Positions 7,823 through 16,141 of a stretch of 40,337 nucleotides of DNA are shown here, piece after piece. Each line of letters opens with the position of its first letter. Positions within the stretch are counted from its first letter, which is position 1. A program made the translations under genes and the position numbers. The stretch comes from Thermoplasmatota archaeon (lineage in GTDB: Archaea; Thermoplasmatota; E2; JACPAO01; JAHFTW01). The notes beneath the pieces are model-generated. The model was not told the origin of the DNA, did no database searches, and worked only from the letters and a program-made list of their open reading frames with translations. The stretch covers positions 1 to 40,337 of the forward strand of contig JBFJYU010000001.1 in the NCBI GenBank assembly GCA_041622435.1. The letters are read 5' to 3'.

Positions 7823-9469
7823 CTAGGTCGCCCGGCGCCGACGGGCAACGGCCACCGCCGCCAACGCCAGGGGCACCAGCACGACGCCCGGGGCGGGCGA
7901 GTCCTTCTTCGGCTCCGGCGGCTCCTGGGTCGTGTTGTCCATCACCGGCGGCGGAGGCAGCACAACCGGTTCCGGCGTGTTCAGTTGCCCCCGGTCCTCG
8001 ACGGTGAAGGTCAGCTTGTAACACGGCCCGGCGGCCGCCGCCTCACAGTGGGAACTCATCCCCTCGCCCACGAAAGTGCCGTTGGCCACCGGCCCGGCGA
8101 ACGTGAGGTTGAAGATGCCCGCGTCGTCGTTGAGCCCGGCCTCGTCGGCGGAGCATTCCAGGATGAACGGCTGGTCGCATTCGCGGGCCATCCCATACAC
8201 GCGCCACGGCGCGTCGGCGCCCACGTACACATCGAACACCTCGTCGAGCTCGAACATGTCACCCGGCGCCACGGCAGCCAGCCCGGGCAGGTTCAGTTGC
8301 TGCCATTGGCCGGCAACATCCACGTAGACGTTGACCTCGTCGGGCGGCTGGCTGACCTGCGGGTCGCCCGTGCACGGCAAGGGAACGTCGCAAACGCCAG
8401 GGTGGGGGCCATCGAGTTCCGCGAGCCACTCCAGGCTCTGGAGCCGCACTTGCAGGTGCTGCACCGGGCGCGGGACGTCCCAGCCGACATGGAAGCTCTG
8501 GGCGTACACCATCCGATCGCCCGTGGTGCCCCAGCCCTCGAACGGAATCAGCACGTCGATCCCAGTGTCCGTCACGTTGACGACCGCCTCGGGTCCGTTG
8601 TCCGACCCCTGATCCACCAGCGACCAGACGATCTCGGTGGCACCCTCGGGCCGCGGCGGCGCCTGGATGCTGAACTCATAGTCCCGGTCGTTGACCGGCA
8701 CCCACTGCGGACAGTCGTCGGCCTGCGCCTCGCCGCACAACTCCGCCGCCCGATCCTGGACGCCTTTGGCGATGGTGCCCTCGCTGCTGATCAACACGTC
8801 GGTGACCGCGTCGCCGCGATCACTTGTCACCGGCAAGAACCGGTGTACGACAACCATGCGCGGCGGGTGGATTTCCGTGTGCTCGCCGGTCACGTCAGGT
8901 TCGCCGGGGACGGTTCCCGGCACGAAGTAACCGGGGTCGTCGAAGCCCTGGCCCCAGTGACCGCAGTCCCAGATCCAAGACCCCATGATCTCCACGCGGT
9001 CGCGCCAGGTGGCCCACGCAAACAGCGAGTACGCCCGCTGCTCCCACTCCACCTCCATGATTTGGCTCGGCAGGTCGAATTCCAGGTTCTCCCCCAGGTT
9101 GGCCGATCCGAGGTAGTCCCAGTATTCCGGGTCCGGACGCAGCATGATGTTCATGTCGTACGAGTCGTGGACGCGAAACAGGTCCGTGTACGTGGGGCGC
9201 GCCTCGACCGCCGTGCCAACCACCAGGCGCGGCTCCGGGTCGCGGCCCACGTACACCCACTGCGGGCTGGTACCCGCCAGCAGTTGCGCCGGGTCCCGCT
9301 CGCAGCCATCCTCCAGCGGCTGGGTCAGGCTGTCCGGGTGGCCCTGGGCCGCTCCCGGCACGGACGCCAGCAGAAGCGCCAACGCCACGGCTGCCAGGCC
9401 CCGCCGCCCACGGAGCCAGAGCCCCGAGGGCCGCGGTGAGGGGACCGAGAATGGCCTGCCCGAGGGCAT
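7823..9469 (-). CDS. Secreted protein of unknown fold, paralogue A, with a PGF-CTERM-like C-terminal anchor
   Basis: Signal peptide ...RGRRGLAAVALALLLASVPGAAQG, then HPDSLTQPLEDGCERDP. The C-terminus has a Pro/Thr linker followed by APGVVLVPLALAAVAVARRRRAT. The longest ORF starts at 9568 and ATG 9469 is preferred. Highly similar to 9586-11277. Confidence 0.85.
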   Translation of the reverse strand: MPSGRPFSVPSPRPSGLWLRGRRGLAAVALALLLASVPGAAQGHPDSLTQPLEDGCERDPAQLLAGTSPQWVYVGRDPEPRLVVGTAVEARPTYTDLFRVHDSYDMNIMLRPDPEYWDYLGSANLGENLEFDLPSQIMEVEWEQRAYSLFAWATWRDRVEIMGSWIWDCGHWGQGFDDPGYFVPGTVPGEPDVTGEHTEIHPPRMVVVHRFLPVTSDRGDAVTDVLISSEGTIAKGVQDRAAELCGEAQADDCPQWVPVNDRDYEFSIQAPPRPEGATEIVWSLVDQGSDNGPEAVVNVTDTGIDVLIPFEGWGTTGDRMVYAQSFHVGWDVPRPVQHLQVRLQSLEWLAELDGPHPGVCDVPLPCTGDPQVSQPPDEVNVYVDVAGQWQQLNLPGLAAVAPGDMFELDEVFDVYVGADAPWRVYGMARECDQPFILECSADEAGLNDDAGIFNLTFAGPVANGTFVGEGMSSHCEAAAAGPCYKLTFTVEDRGQLNTPEPVVLPPPPVMDNTTQEPPEPKKDSPAPGVVLVPLALAAVAVARRRRAT

Positions 9470-9585
9470 GGCAGTTCGCTTCGTCGGGCTCGGATGGATG
9501 CGATGGGACAACACGGGCAGCACCTGGACCGGCCGAAGAAAAACCGTCCCAGGCTTGACGTTTGCCAATCTCTCGGGCCGCCCGG

Positions 9586-11277
9586 CTAACGCACCCGGCG
9601 GCGCACGACCAAGCCGACGGCCACGAGCGCCAGGCCGAGTGCCAGGGCGGCGAGGCCCGGCGCCTCGACGCTTGCGTCGGCCAGCGGCCGGGGCCCGGCG
9701 GCGGCGTGCGGCAGGGGCAGACTGACCGGCGCGTTTGTGTTCAACTGGCCCAGGTCCTCAACCGTGAAGCTCAGGCGGTAGCACGCGTAGCCGGTGGCAG
9801 CCCGGCAGTGGTTGCTCGTGCCCTCGCCGACGTAGGAACCCGCCGCGCGGGGACCGTCCAGGGTGACGTTCATGATGCCCGCATCCTCGTTGAGGCCAAC
9901 CTCGTCGGCGGAGCACTCCAGGATATCCGGCTGGTCACATTCGCGCGCCATTGCGAAAACGCGCCAGGGGGCGTCGCTGGAGAGGTACACGTCGAACTGA
10001 TCCTCCAATTCGAACACGTCGCCCGGCGCCACGGCCATCAGGCCAGGCACCATCAGTTGGCGCCATTGGCCACCGACGTCGACGTAGACGTTGACCTCGT
10101 CAGGAGGAAGCGTGGTCTGGGGCTCGCCGGTGCACGGAATCGGGACCTCGCACACACCGGCGTTGGGCCCGTCCAGTTCGGCGAGCCATTCGAGGCGGTC
10201 GAGGGTGACGCGGAGGTGTTGCACGGGGCGGGGGGTGTCCCAGCCCACGTGGAAGCTGGCGGCGAAGATCATCGCGTCGCCGCTGTTGTCCCAGCCGTCG
10301 GCGGGAATCACCACATCGATGCCGGCCGGCGTGGGCGTGACAACGGGCGTGGGCGCTCCCTGCGAGCCACGGTCCAGGATGTTCCACGCGATCGTGGTCG
10401 CGCCCGCCGGCTTCGGCGGCGCCTGGATGCTGAAGGTGTAGTCGCGGTCATCGACTTCGAAAGACTGGGGGCAGTCGGCGACGAGAACCTCGTCGCATTG
10501 TCCTGCGGCCCGGTCCTCGATGCCCTTCGCGATGGTGCCGACGCTGCTAATGACGATGTCCGCGACGGCGTCGCCGCGGTCGCTGGTGGTCGGCAGGTAG
10601 CGGTGGGCCAGAACCATCCGGGGCGGGTGGATCTCGGTGTGTTCACCGGTCATGTCGGCCTCGCCGGGCAGCGTGCCGGGCACGAGGTAGCCGGGATCCT
10701 CGAAGGTCTGACCCCAGTGGCCGCAGTCCCAGATCCACGAACCCATGACCTCCAGGCCGTCGCGCCACGTGGCCCATGCGTGCATGGAATAGGCGCGCTG
10801 CTCCCACTCGACCTCCATGATCTGGGCCGGCGCCTCCCACTCGAGGTTTTCGGCGAGGTTGGCGGTGCCCAGGAAGTGCCAGTGGTCTGCGTCGGGGCGC
10901 AGGTAGAGGTTCATGTCGTAGGAGTCGTGCACGCGAAACAGGTCGGTGTACGTCGGCTTGGCGTCCATGACGGTGCCGACGACGCGCTGGGGTTCGGGGT
11001 CGCGGTTGACGTATACCCATTGGGGCGTGGTTCCGGCGATCAGTTGCGCGGGGTCGCGTTCGCACCCGTCGGCGAGGGGCTGCGTGAAGCTGTCGGGGTG
11101 GTCCTGGCCGACCACCGGCGCCGCCAGGGCGAGCAGGGCCACAGCCAGCGTGGCCTGGATGACTCGGGCGTCCAGGATTCGGGCGGGGCTTCGGGCCCGG
11201 GGCCGTTGGCGCGTTTGCTGGTTTTGATGGCCTTGCTGATCGCGGCGATTTCCATACGCCATGCCCGGAGACTCCAT
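9586..11277 (-). CDS. Secreted protein of unknown fold, paralogue B, with a PGF-CTERM-like C-terminal anchor
   Basis: Shares HPDSFTQPLADGCERDP, MGSWIWDCGHWGQ, GEHTEIHPPRM and ARECDQP.ILECSADE with paralogue A. The C-terminus is EAPGLAALALGLALVAVGLVVRRRVR. Candidate starts are TTG 11325, ATG 11277 and ATG 11262. Confidence 0.85.
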   Translation of the reverse strand: MESPGMAYGNRRDQQGHQNQQTRQRPRARSPARILDARVIQATLAVALLALAAPVVGQDHPDSFTQPLADGCERDPAQLIAGTTPQWVYVNRDPEPQRVVGTVMDAKPTYTDLFRVHDSYDMNLYLRPDADHWHFLGTANLAENLEWEAPAQIMEVEWEQRAYSMHAWATWRDGLEVMGSWIWDCGHWGQTFEDPGYLVPGTLPGEADMTGEHTEIHPPRMVLAHRYLPTTSDRGDAVADIVISSVGTIAKGIEDRAAGQCDEVLVADCPQSFEVDDRDYTFSIQAPPKPAGATTIAWNILDRGSQGAPTPVVTPTPAGIDVVIPADGWDNSGDAMIFAASFHVGWDTPRPVQHLRVTLDRLEWLAELDGPNAGVCEVPIPCTGEPQTTLPPDEVNVYVDVGGQWRQLMVPGLMAVAPGDVFELEDQFDVYLSSDAPWRVFAMARECDQPDILECSADEVGLNEDAGIMNVTLDGPRAAGSYVGEGTSNHCRAATGYACYRLSFTVEDLGQLNTNAPVSLPLPHAAAGPRPLADASVEAPGLAALALGLALVAVGLVVRRRVR

Positions 11278-11328
11278 TTTCAGGACGACTGGGACGTACG
11301 GTTTAGTTGTTGCTACCGATAACAAAAC

Positions 11329-11754
11329 CTACCGGTCGCGCGACTGCCGCCGCGCAACCAGCACAATGATGCCGATCCCAATGACCAGGCTCGCCAGAAT
11401 CTTGGCCGGCTTGGGCACCACATCGATCGCCAGGAACCGGATCTCGGCAACGATGCCCGTGATCAGCGCCAACAGGTACAGGACCCCCTCCGAGCGCAGC
11501 CACTGGAGCCGCGGCCCGTCGAAGAAGGGACCCCCCACGATCGTCTGGCGGATGTAGACGCCGAGGTACGCAAACGACAGCGCCAACAGGATCAGCGAGG
11601 CCAACTGGGTCCACTCGGACACGCGGGGAATGAACTCGATGGCGAAGTAGAACACCGCCAGGACGCTGATGGCGAAGCCCAGGAATGTCAGGGCGCCTTG
11701 CAGGACCCGCTCGTGTCCCTCGCCGTGCTGTCCGGCCTGCCCGGCGGCACTCAT
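11329..11754 (-). CDS. Small 4-TM membrane protein, unknown function
   Basis: Four hydrophobic segments. ATG 11754 overlaps the stop of the upstream gene (ATGA at 11751-11754), which suggests translational coupling. Confidence 0.65.
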   Translation of the reverse strand: MSAAGQAGQHGEGHERVLQGALTFLGFAISVLAVFYFAIEFIPRVSEWTQLASLILLALSFAYLGVYIRQTIVGGPFFDGPRLQWLRSEGVLYLLALITGIVAEIRFLAIDVVPKPAKILASLVIGIGIIVLVARRQSRDR

Positions 11755-12212
11755 GCGGGCTCCTCCAGGCACGTCGAGGTCCAGTGCGAGCCCGCCTGCG
11801 CGGTCACATACACATTGGACGGCGACGGCCGCGAGTCATCAGCCAAGGGCACGAACGCCTCGGCTGGCACCTCAATGGGAATGCGGACGACCTCGAAGCG
11901 ACCGAGGCTGACGGTCTCATCAGTATGGACGCGCGTGACTCCGCTACGCTCTTGGTAGGTAATGACCACGCGCACGGTTTCGCCGATGGGCTTGTTGTTG
12001 TCCAGCGTCAAGCGCAGCGGCTCCGAGGGACACGCGGGTTGGCCGGGCTCCGGGTAGTAAAACCGCGCCTTGTCGCCGCTGACGGTGACCCAGCCCCCGT
12101 TTTCCTGGACCTCCAGGCGCACCTCAAGCGAATAGGCGAGGTCCAGCCCCACCAGCGCCACGGCCGCTGCGGCCAGACAAACTGACGTGACAAGCGCCGT
12201 TCGCGGTTGCAC
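11751..12212 (-). CDS. Signal-anchored or secreted beta-rich protein, unknown function
   Basis: GTG start. The N-terminal hydrophobic segment is ALVTSVCLAAAAVALVGL. First gene of the co-directional cluster. Confidence 0.55.
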   Translation of the reverse strand: MQPRTALVTSVCLAAAAVALVGLDLAYSLEVRLEVQENGGWVTVSGDKARFYYPEPGQPACPSEPLRLTLDNNKPIGETVRVVITYQERSGVTRVHTDETVSLGRFEVVRIPIEVPAEAFVPLADDSRPSPSNVYVTAQAGSHWTSTCLEEPA

Positions 12213-12488
12213 ATTTTAGGGTCCCGCTGGAGGTTCTTCAATCTTGCGCCCCGGTGTGCATCCCGTTGCAGGGCATGGCATGGCCGCCACGTCCAGACCC
12301 GGACAACGAGCCAGCAGGCAGCCGCCTGACGAGCCACGGGCAGCGACCCGCAGGAGGCGGGAACGGCTGGCGGGGAACGGCCGGCGCACATGGGGTGGCC
12401 GCCCCCGCGACCGCACCGGCCAACGGCTGCGGACAAGGGTTGCTCCATCCCGGTCAAATAGCGACCAAGCCTTCGTCCAGCGAATCCC

Positions 12489-13370
12489 GTGAAGCTCGCC
12501 GTCAAACTCGTCGCACGCACGCTTTGGATCTACTCCTTCTTCACGCTCGCCGTCGTCTTGGCCTTGTCCGCCTGGCCGGGCGTCATGTTGGCCCATTGGG
12601 CCTGGACCACCAAGGTCCTGGGCGGCTGGACGATGCCTGAGCCCCTGTGGATCCTGTGGGGGACGTTCTTCTCGGCCCTGGCCTACTTCATTACGGGCAT
12701 GACACTCATGCTCCTGCTGCCGGTGCTCAAGGTCGTCATGCGGCTCTCGACGGGCGAGGGAACGGTCCCGATCCGATCCTTCAAGGTGTGGTCGTGGTAC
12801 AATTACAACGGCTTGATCCTGGCGTTCCAGACGATTTTCGGCAAGTTCTGGCGCTCCAGCAGCATCTACATCCTGTTCCTGCGCGCCATGGGCGCCAAGA
12901 TCGGCCGCAACGTCATCGTCAACAGCAACACCGTCTACGACCATGACATGCTGGAAATCGGATCGGGGACCGTGATCGGCGGCGACGCGGCCATCATCGG
13001 CCACATCGGCGAGAAGGGCAACCTGGTGCGCAAGAAGGTCCGCATCGGCAAGAACTGCACGATCGGCCAGTACACCACCGTGTTCCCGGGCGCCACCATC
13101 GGCGACAACTGCCACGTGGGCGCCATGAGTCTTGTGCCCAAGGATGCCAAACTGGACAGCAACGCGGTCTACGGCGGCGTTCCGGTTCGCAAGATCAAGG
13201 ACCTGAAGCCCGGCGACAAGAGCAGCGTCGCCCAGCGGGGCGATCCCGAGGCGCTGGCGGTCGAGTGGGAGAAGTCGGAGGACGACGAGGAATCCGAAGA
13301 CGCGGCCGAGGCCATCGTCCAGCCAGGCGCGGCCCGCAAGCCGGCGGCGCGCATCACCACCAAGCGCTAG
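12489..13370 (+). CDS. Membrane-anchored left-handed beta-helix (hexapeptide-repeat) transferase-like protein, paralogue 1
   Basis: N-terminal TM helices, then LFLRAMGAKIGRNVIVNS...LEIGSGTVIGGDAAIIGH...VRIGKNCTIGQYTTVFPGATIGDNCHVGAMSLVP...GGVPVRKI. Paralogous to 20945-21742. Confidence 0.85.
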   Translation: MKLAVKLVARTLWIYSFFTLAVVLALSAWPGVMLAHWAWTTKVLGGWTMPEPLWILWGTFFSALAYFITGMTLMLLLPVLKVVMRLSTGEGTVPIRSFKVWSWYNYNGLILAFQTIFGKFWRSSSIYILFLRAMGAKIGRNVIVNSNTVYDHDMLEIGSGTVIGGDAAIIGHIGEKGNLVRKKVRIGKNCTIGQYTTVFPGATIGDNCHVGAMSLVPKDAKLDSNAVYGGVPVRKIKDLKPGDKSSVAQRGDPEALAVEWEKSEDDEESEDAAEAIVQPGAARKPAARITTKR

Positions 13371-13388
13371 ACCCCGTGCTTCAGGCGC

Positions 13389-14759
13389 TCATGGCGCCGC
13401 GCCAACGTAGACCGGAAACGCGCTTGGGCGCCCCCATAGCGTTGAGGCGAAGGCCATGTGTGGCAGGCCGTCGGCGCCGTAGGCGAGCCACGGGTAGTCC
13501 AGCAGCCGCCGGTCGCCACCGCGCTCGCCGCAGGCTGGGCCCGCAACGCAGATGCCGCCTTCGTGGAGGGCACTTGTCGCCGCCATCGACGCGGCCACGG
13601 GCGCATCGGCGCTTCCAACTCCCGCCACTTCGGCGTAATGGCCGCGCCATGTGGCGTCAATCTCGCCCGTTAAGCCCGGCCGATCGGCTTCGTACCAGAC
13701 GAGGCCCAGCCTCCCGGGCCCGAGGGGCGCTGCAAACGGCATGGCCTGCGACCCCGAGCCGGCAAGCGGTTCGTGGCGGCTCCACGACGCGCCGCCGTCG
13801 TTGGATGTGGCGACGACCACGCGGCTGGTGCCGTCGACCGCCTCCGACCAGACGAAACTGAGCACGCCACCGGCATCGAGGGCGAGGCTGGTGAGCGCCG
13901 AACCCATCGTACCGCCGAGGGCGAACGCGTCCCGGCGCTGCCACGTGGCGCCGCCATCCTCGCTGGAGAGCAGGTAGAATTCGCCGTCTTCGTACGTGAA
14001 AGCGAGCGGCGCGCGCCCCTGCTCGGTGTAGCGCATGACGTAGAGCCGCTCGCCGTCGGCGGAGGTCGCCATGTTGGACTGGCCTGCGTAGTTGATCGCA
14101 TCGTCGATGCGCTGGGGGAGGCTCCACGTGTCGCCCCGGTCGCGGCTGAAGAAGTGGTAGAAGCCCCGGTTTGGCGTGGCCGGCAGCTGCTCCTGCGTGG
14201 GGCCGCCCACGAGCACCGGCGCGGCGCCGGGGTCAAGGGCTTCCAGGGTTACGTGAACGAGGCCTCCAGGGTGGGCCGTGATCCAGTGGCGATGCATCAG
14301 CAAGGGCACGCGCGGGACGTTGAGCGGGACCCAGCTCGCGCCGGCGTCGTCGGAGCGAAACACCTGGAACGTCAGCCCAAAGACATTGGCCACGTACACG
14401 GCGCCGTCGGGGCCCACGGCGAGGTAGCCGTCGTTGCTGGATTCGCGCCCCGGGCCCGGTGGCGTCACCTCCACCCAGGTCGCTCCGTCGTCGATGCTCT
14501 TCCAGACCAGGTTCATGTTGCGGGTGCCGGTGGGCGTCTGGGCCGCCCCGATTCCCTCGAAGTAGACGGTCCCATCGGGTGCCACGGCGACCACGGGTTC
14601 GGCGCCCGGGTAGCGGTCCGACACCATGACCGGAGTGCCCAGCGCCGGCAGCGCAGGCGGTTCTGCCAGCCCGGGAGCCAGGCGGTCGGCCTCGGCCGCG
14701 TCGTTCAGGCAGCCCGAGAAGGCCGGCGCCAACAGGAGTGCCACGAGAAGGGCGCGCAT
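13389..14759 (-). CDS. BNR/Asp-box repeat lipoprotein, sialidase-like beta-propeller
   Basis: Lipobox LLLAPAFSGC. Five Asp-boxes: SIDDGATW, SDDAGASW, SRDRGDTW, SEDGGATW, SNDGGASW. Confidence 0.85.
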   Translation of the reverse strand: MRALLVALLLAPAFSGCLNDAAEADRLAPGLAEPPALPALGTPVMVSDRYPGAEPVVAVAPDGTVYFEGIGAAQTPTGTRNMNLVWKSIDDGATWVEVTPPGPGRESSNDGYLAVGPDGAVYVANVFGLTFQVFRSDDAGASWVPLNVPRVPLLMHRHWITAHPGGLVHVTLEALDPGAAPVLVGGPTQEQLPATPNRGFYHFFSRDRGDTWSLPQRIDDAINYAGQSNMATSADGERLYVMRYTEQGRAPLAFTYEDGEFYLLSSEDGGATWQRRDAFALGGTMGSALTSLALDAGGVLSFVWSEAVDGTSRVVVATSNDGGASWSRHEPLAGSGSQAMPFAAPLGPGRLGLVWYEADRPGLTGEIDATWRGHYAEVAGVGSADAPVAASMAATSALHEGGICVAGPACGERGGDRRLLDYPWLAYGADGLPHMAFASTLWGRPSAFPVYVGAAP

Positions 14760-14896
14760 GGCCAGACGCAGCGGCCGAACGGATGAAGATGCTTGCCCCG
14801 CGGCCAGGGCCCAGCGCCGGCGTCACCGGGGCGCAGCCGCGGCGAATCCAAACCTTTCACCAAAACGACTATGGCCGGGCGCAGGGCGGTTGCGCC

Positions 14897-15268
14897 ATGG
14901 CGGACATTCCCCGTTCAGCCTGGGTTTTGGTTGGCTTCAGCATCGGCCTTTTCGCGGTATCCGCGGGGCTGGATGAGTTGGCCCGGACCCACGAAGAGCT
15001 GTACGACCTGGGCCTCTGCGAGGCCTACAAGACAACTGATGGGCGGCCCAACTCGTCGCTGGCCACGTGCAAGCGCACACGGCTGATGGCCGGCGCCGCC
15101 CATGTGGGAGCCACAGTGGCCCAAGTGCCGGGAGTCGGCATCCTGCTGGCGTCGCTGGGCGTCGCCGTCCTGCACAACAGGCCAGGCAGAGCGGACCCCT
15201 CTCAGCCTGGCCCCGCTGCGGACGAGCCGGCCGAGGGGCTTGCGGCTCCGGCCCCGCCACCGGCCTAG
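14897..15268 (+). CDS. Small 2-TM membrane protein with Pro/Ala-rich tail
   Basis: ATG 14897 gives MADIPRSAWVLVGFSIGLFAVSAG. The upstream part of the track ORF (from 14738) overlaps the BNR gene start. Confidence 0.5.
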   Translation: MADIPRSAWVLVGFSIGLFAVSAGLDELARTHEELYDLGLCEAYKTTDGRPNSSLATCKRTRLMAGAAHVGATVAQVPGVGILLASLGVAVLHNRPGRADPSQPGPAADEPAEGLAAPAPPPA

Positions 15269-15361
15269 CCCCCCGCCTAACATTTGCCCGAACAGACTAG
15301 ATTTCAACCGTCTATCCAATGGGCCTTTAGTCACTGCCACCCGGTTGAACGTGGTGTCCTG

Positions 15362-16036
15362 ATGACGCAGTCTGACCCTGACCCAACCCTGGACCGGTTT
15401 CGCACAGCGATGAAATTCAGCCTCTGGATGTGGGCCCTGTACTGGCCCGGCGGGGGGCTCATGCTCCTGGTCGGCGGCCTCGATCCCATCTCCATCGCGG
15501 TCACCGTCGCGTCACTCGGCTCGTTCATCGCGCTGATCGCGTTTGGCGGCCTGACCATCTCCACCAAGGGCACCAAGTTCGAGTTCTTCCTAGAGCGCCC
15601 CATGTACCTGATCGGCGCGCTCGTCGCCATCATCCTCGTCGCGCCCGCCTTCGGCTTCCTGACCAACTTCGGCTTGGCCTTGTTCTCGGCTCTCTACATG
15701 GGTTCCATCGTGTTCGCCGGGTTCCGACTCGCCGGCCACCTGGGCGCGACCGAGCAGAACGCCTTTGCCGCCCGCGCCGACCAGCCGTTCATCGTGTTCG
15801 GCATCGTCGGTGTGTGCGGCTTCCTGGTTTTCATCGACGCCTGGCTGCCCATGCTGGGATCCAGCGCCGTCGGCGGGCCCGCCATGAGCGTCGCCGTCGC
15901 CAACTGGGTCAACCTGCTGTACCCGCCGCTCCTCATGCTGACCACCCGGCCCTTCCGGGAACCGCTGCGCCGACCCCGCGCCCCCAGCGTGGATCCGGCC
16001 GCGCCCGCCCTAGCGGTCCCCGAGCCTTCCGACTAG
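15362..16036 (+). CDS. Multi-pass membrane protein, unknown function
   Basis: ATG 15362. About 6 hydrophobic segments and high GC3. Confidence 0.65.
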   Translation: MTQSDPDPTLDRFRTAMKFSLWMWALYWPGGGLMLLVGGLDPISIAVTVASLGSFIALIAFGGLTISTKGTKFEFFLERPMYLIGALVAIILVAPAFGFLTNFGLALFSALYMGSIVFAGFRLAGHLGATEQNAFAARADQPFIVFGIVGVCGFLVFIDAWLPMLGSSAVGGPAMSVAVANWVNLLYPPLLMLTTRPFREPLRRPRAPSVDPAAPALAVPEPSD

Positions 16037-16112
16037 CGGGCCGGGCGGCGCCGGCTGCGGGGTTCGGGCAACTGAACCCGGCGGCCGGCGCCGATCACGC
16101 GCGCCGAGCACG

Positions 16113-16119
16113 CTATACG
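16113..16119 (+). promoter_or_regulatory. TATA-like box (CTATACG) about 26 nt upstream of ATG 16142
   Basis: The only A/T-rich element in a GC-rich spacer. The spacing matches archaeal leaderless promoters. Confidence 0.4.
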
Positions 16120-16141
16120 GCCTGCGACCCATGGGGCCAGC

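Noticed and set aside
7719-8024. N-terminal extensions of track ORFs, for example hemolysin III to 8024, aminotransferase from 22666, pabC to 28666, pabB/A to 30519, LamG gene to 34154, and purH to 36008
   Set aside because: The extensions overlap upstream genes or spacers and translate to Arg/Pro/Gly-rich junk. Internal ATG/GTG starts reproduce the expected family N-termini and often have coupling overlaps or a TATA-like box at about -26.
7688-11322. Two very long plus-strand ORFs (7688-9439, 583 aa; 9562-11322, 586 aa)
   Set aside because: They lie antisense to the two secreted paralogues. Their products are Arg/Gly/His/Val-rich with no signal peptides or motifs, which is typical of shadow ORFs in high-GC DNA. 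The minus-strand products have signal peptides, conserved Cys/Trp motifs and C-terminal anchors.
12216-14786. ORFs 12216-13115(-) and 13773-14786(+)
   Set aside because: They are antisense to the LbH-1 gene and the BNR lipoprotein gene respectively. Both are Arg/Gly/Asp-rich with no recognisable motifs.
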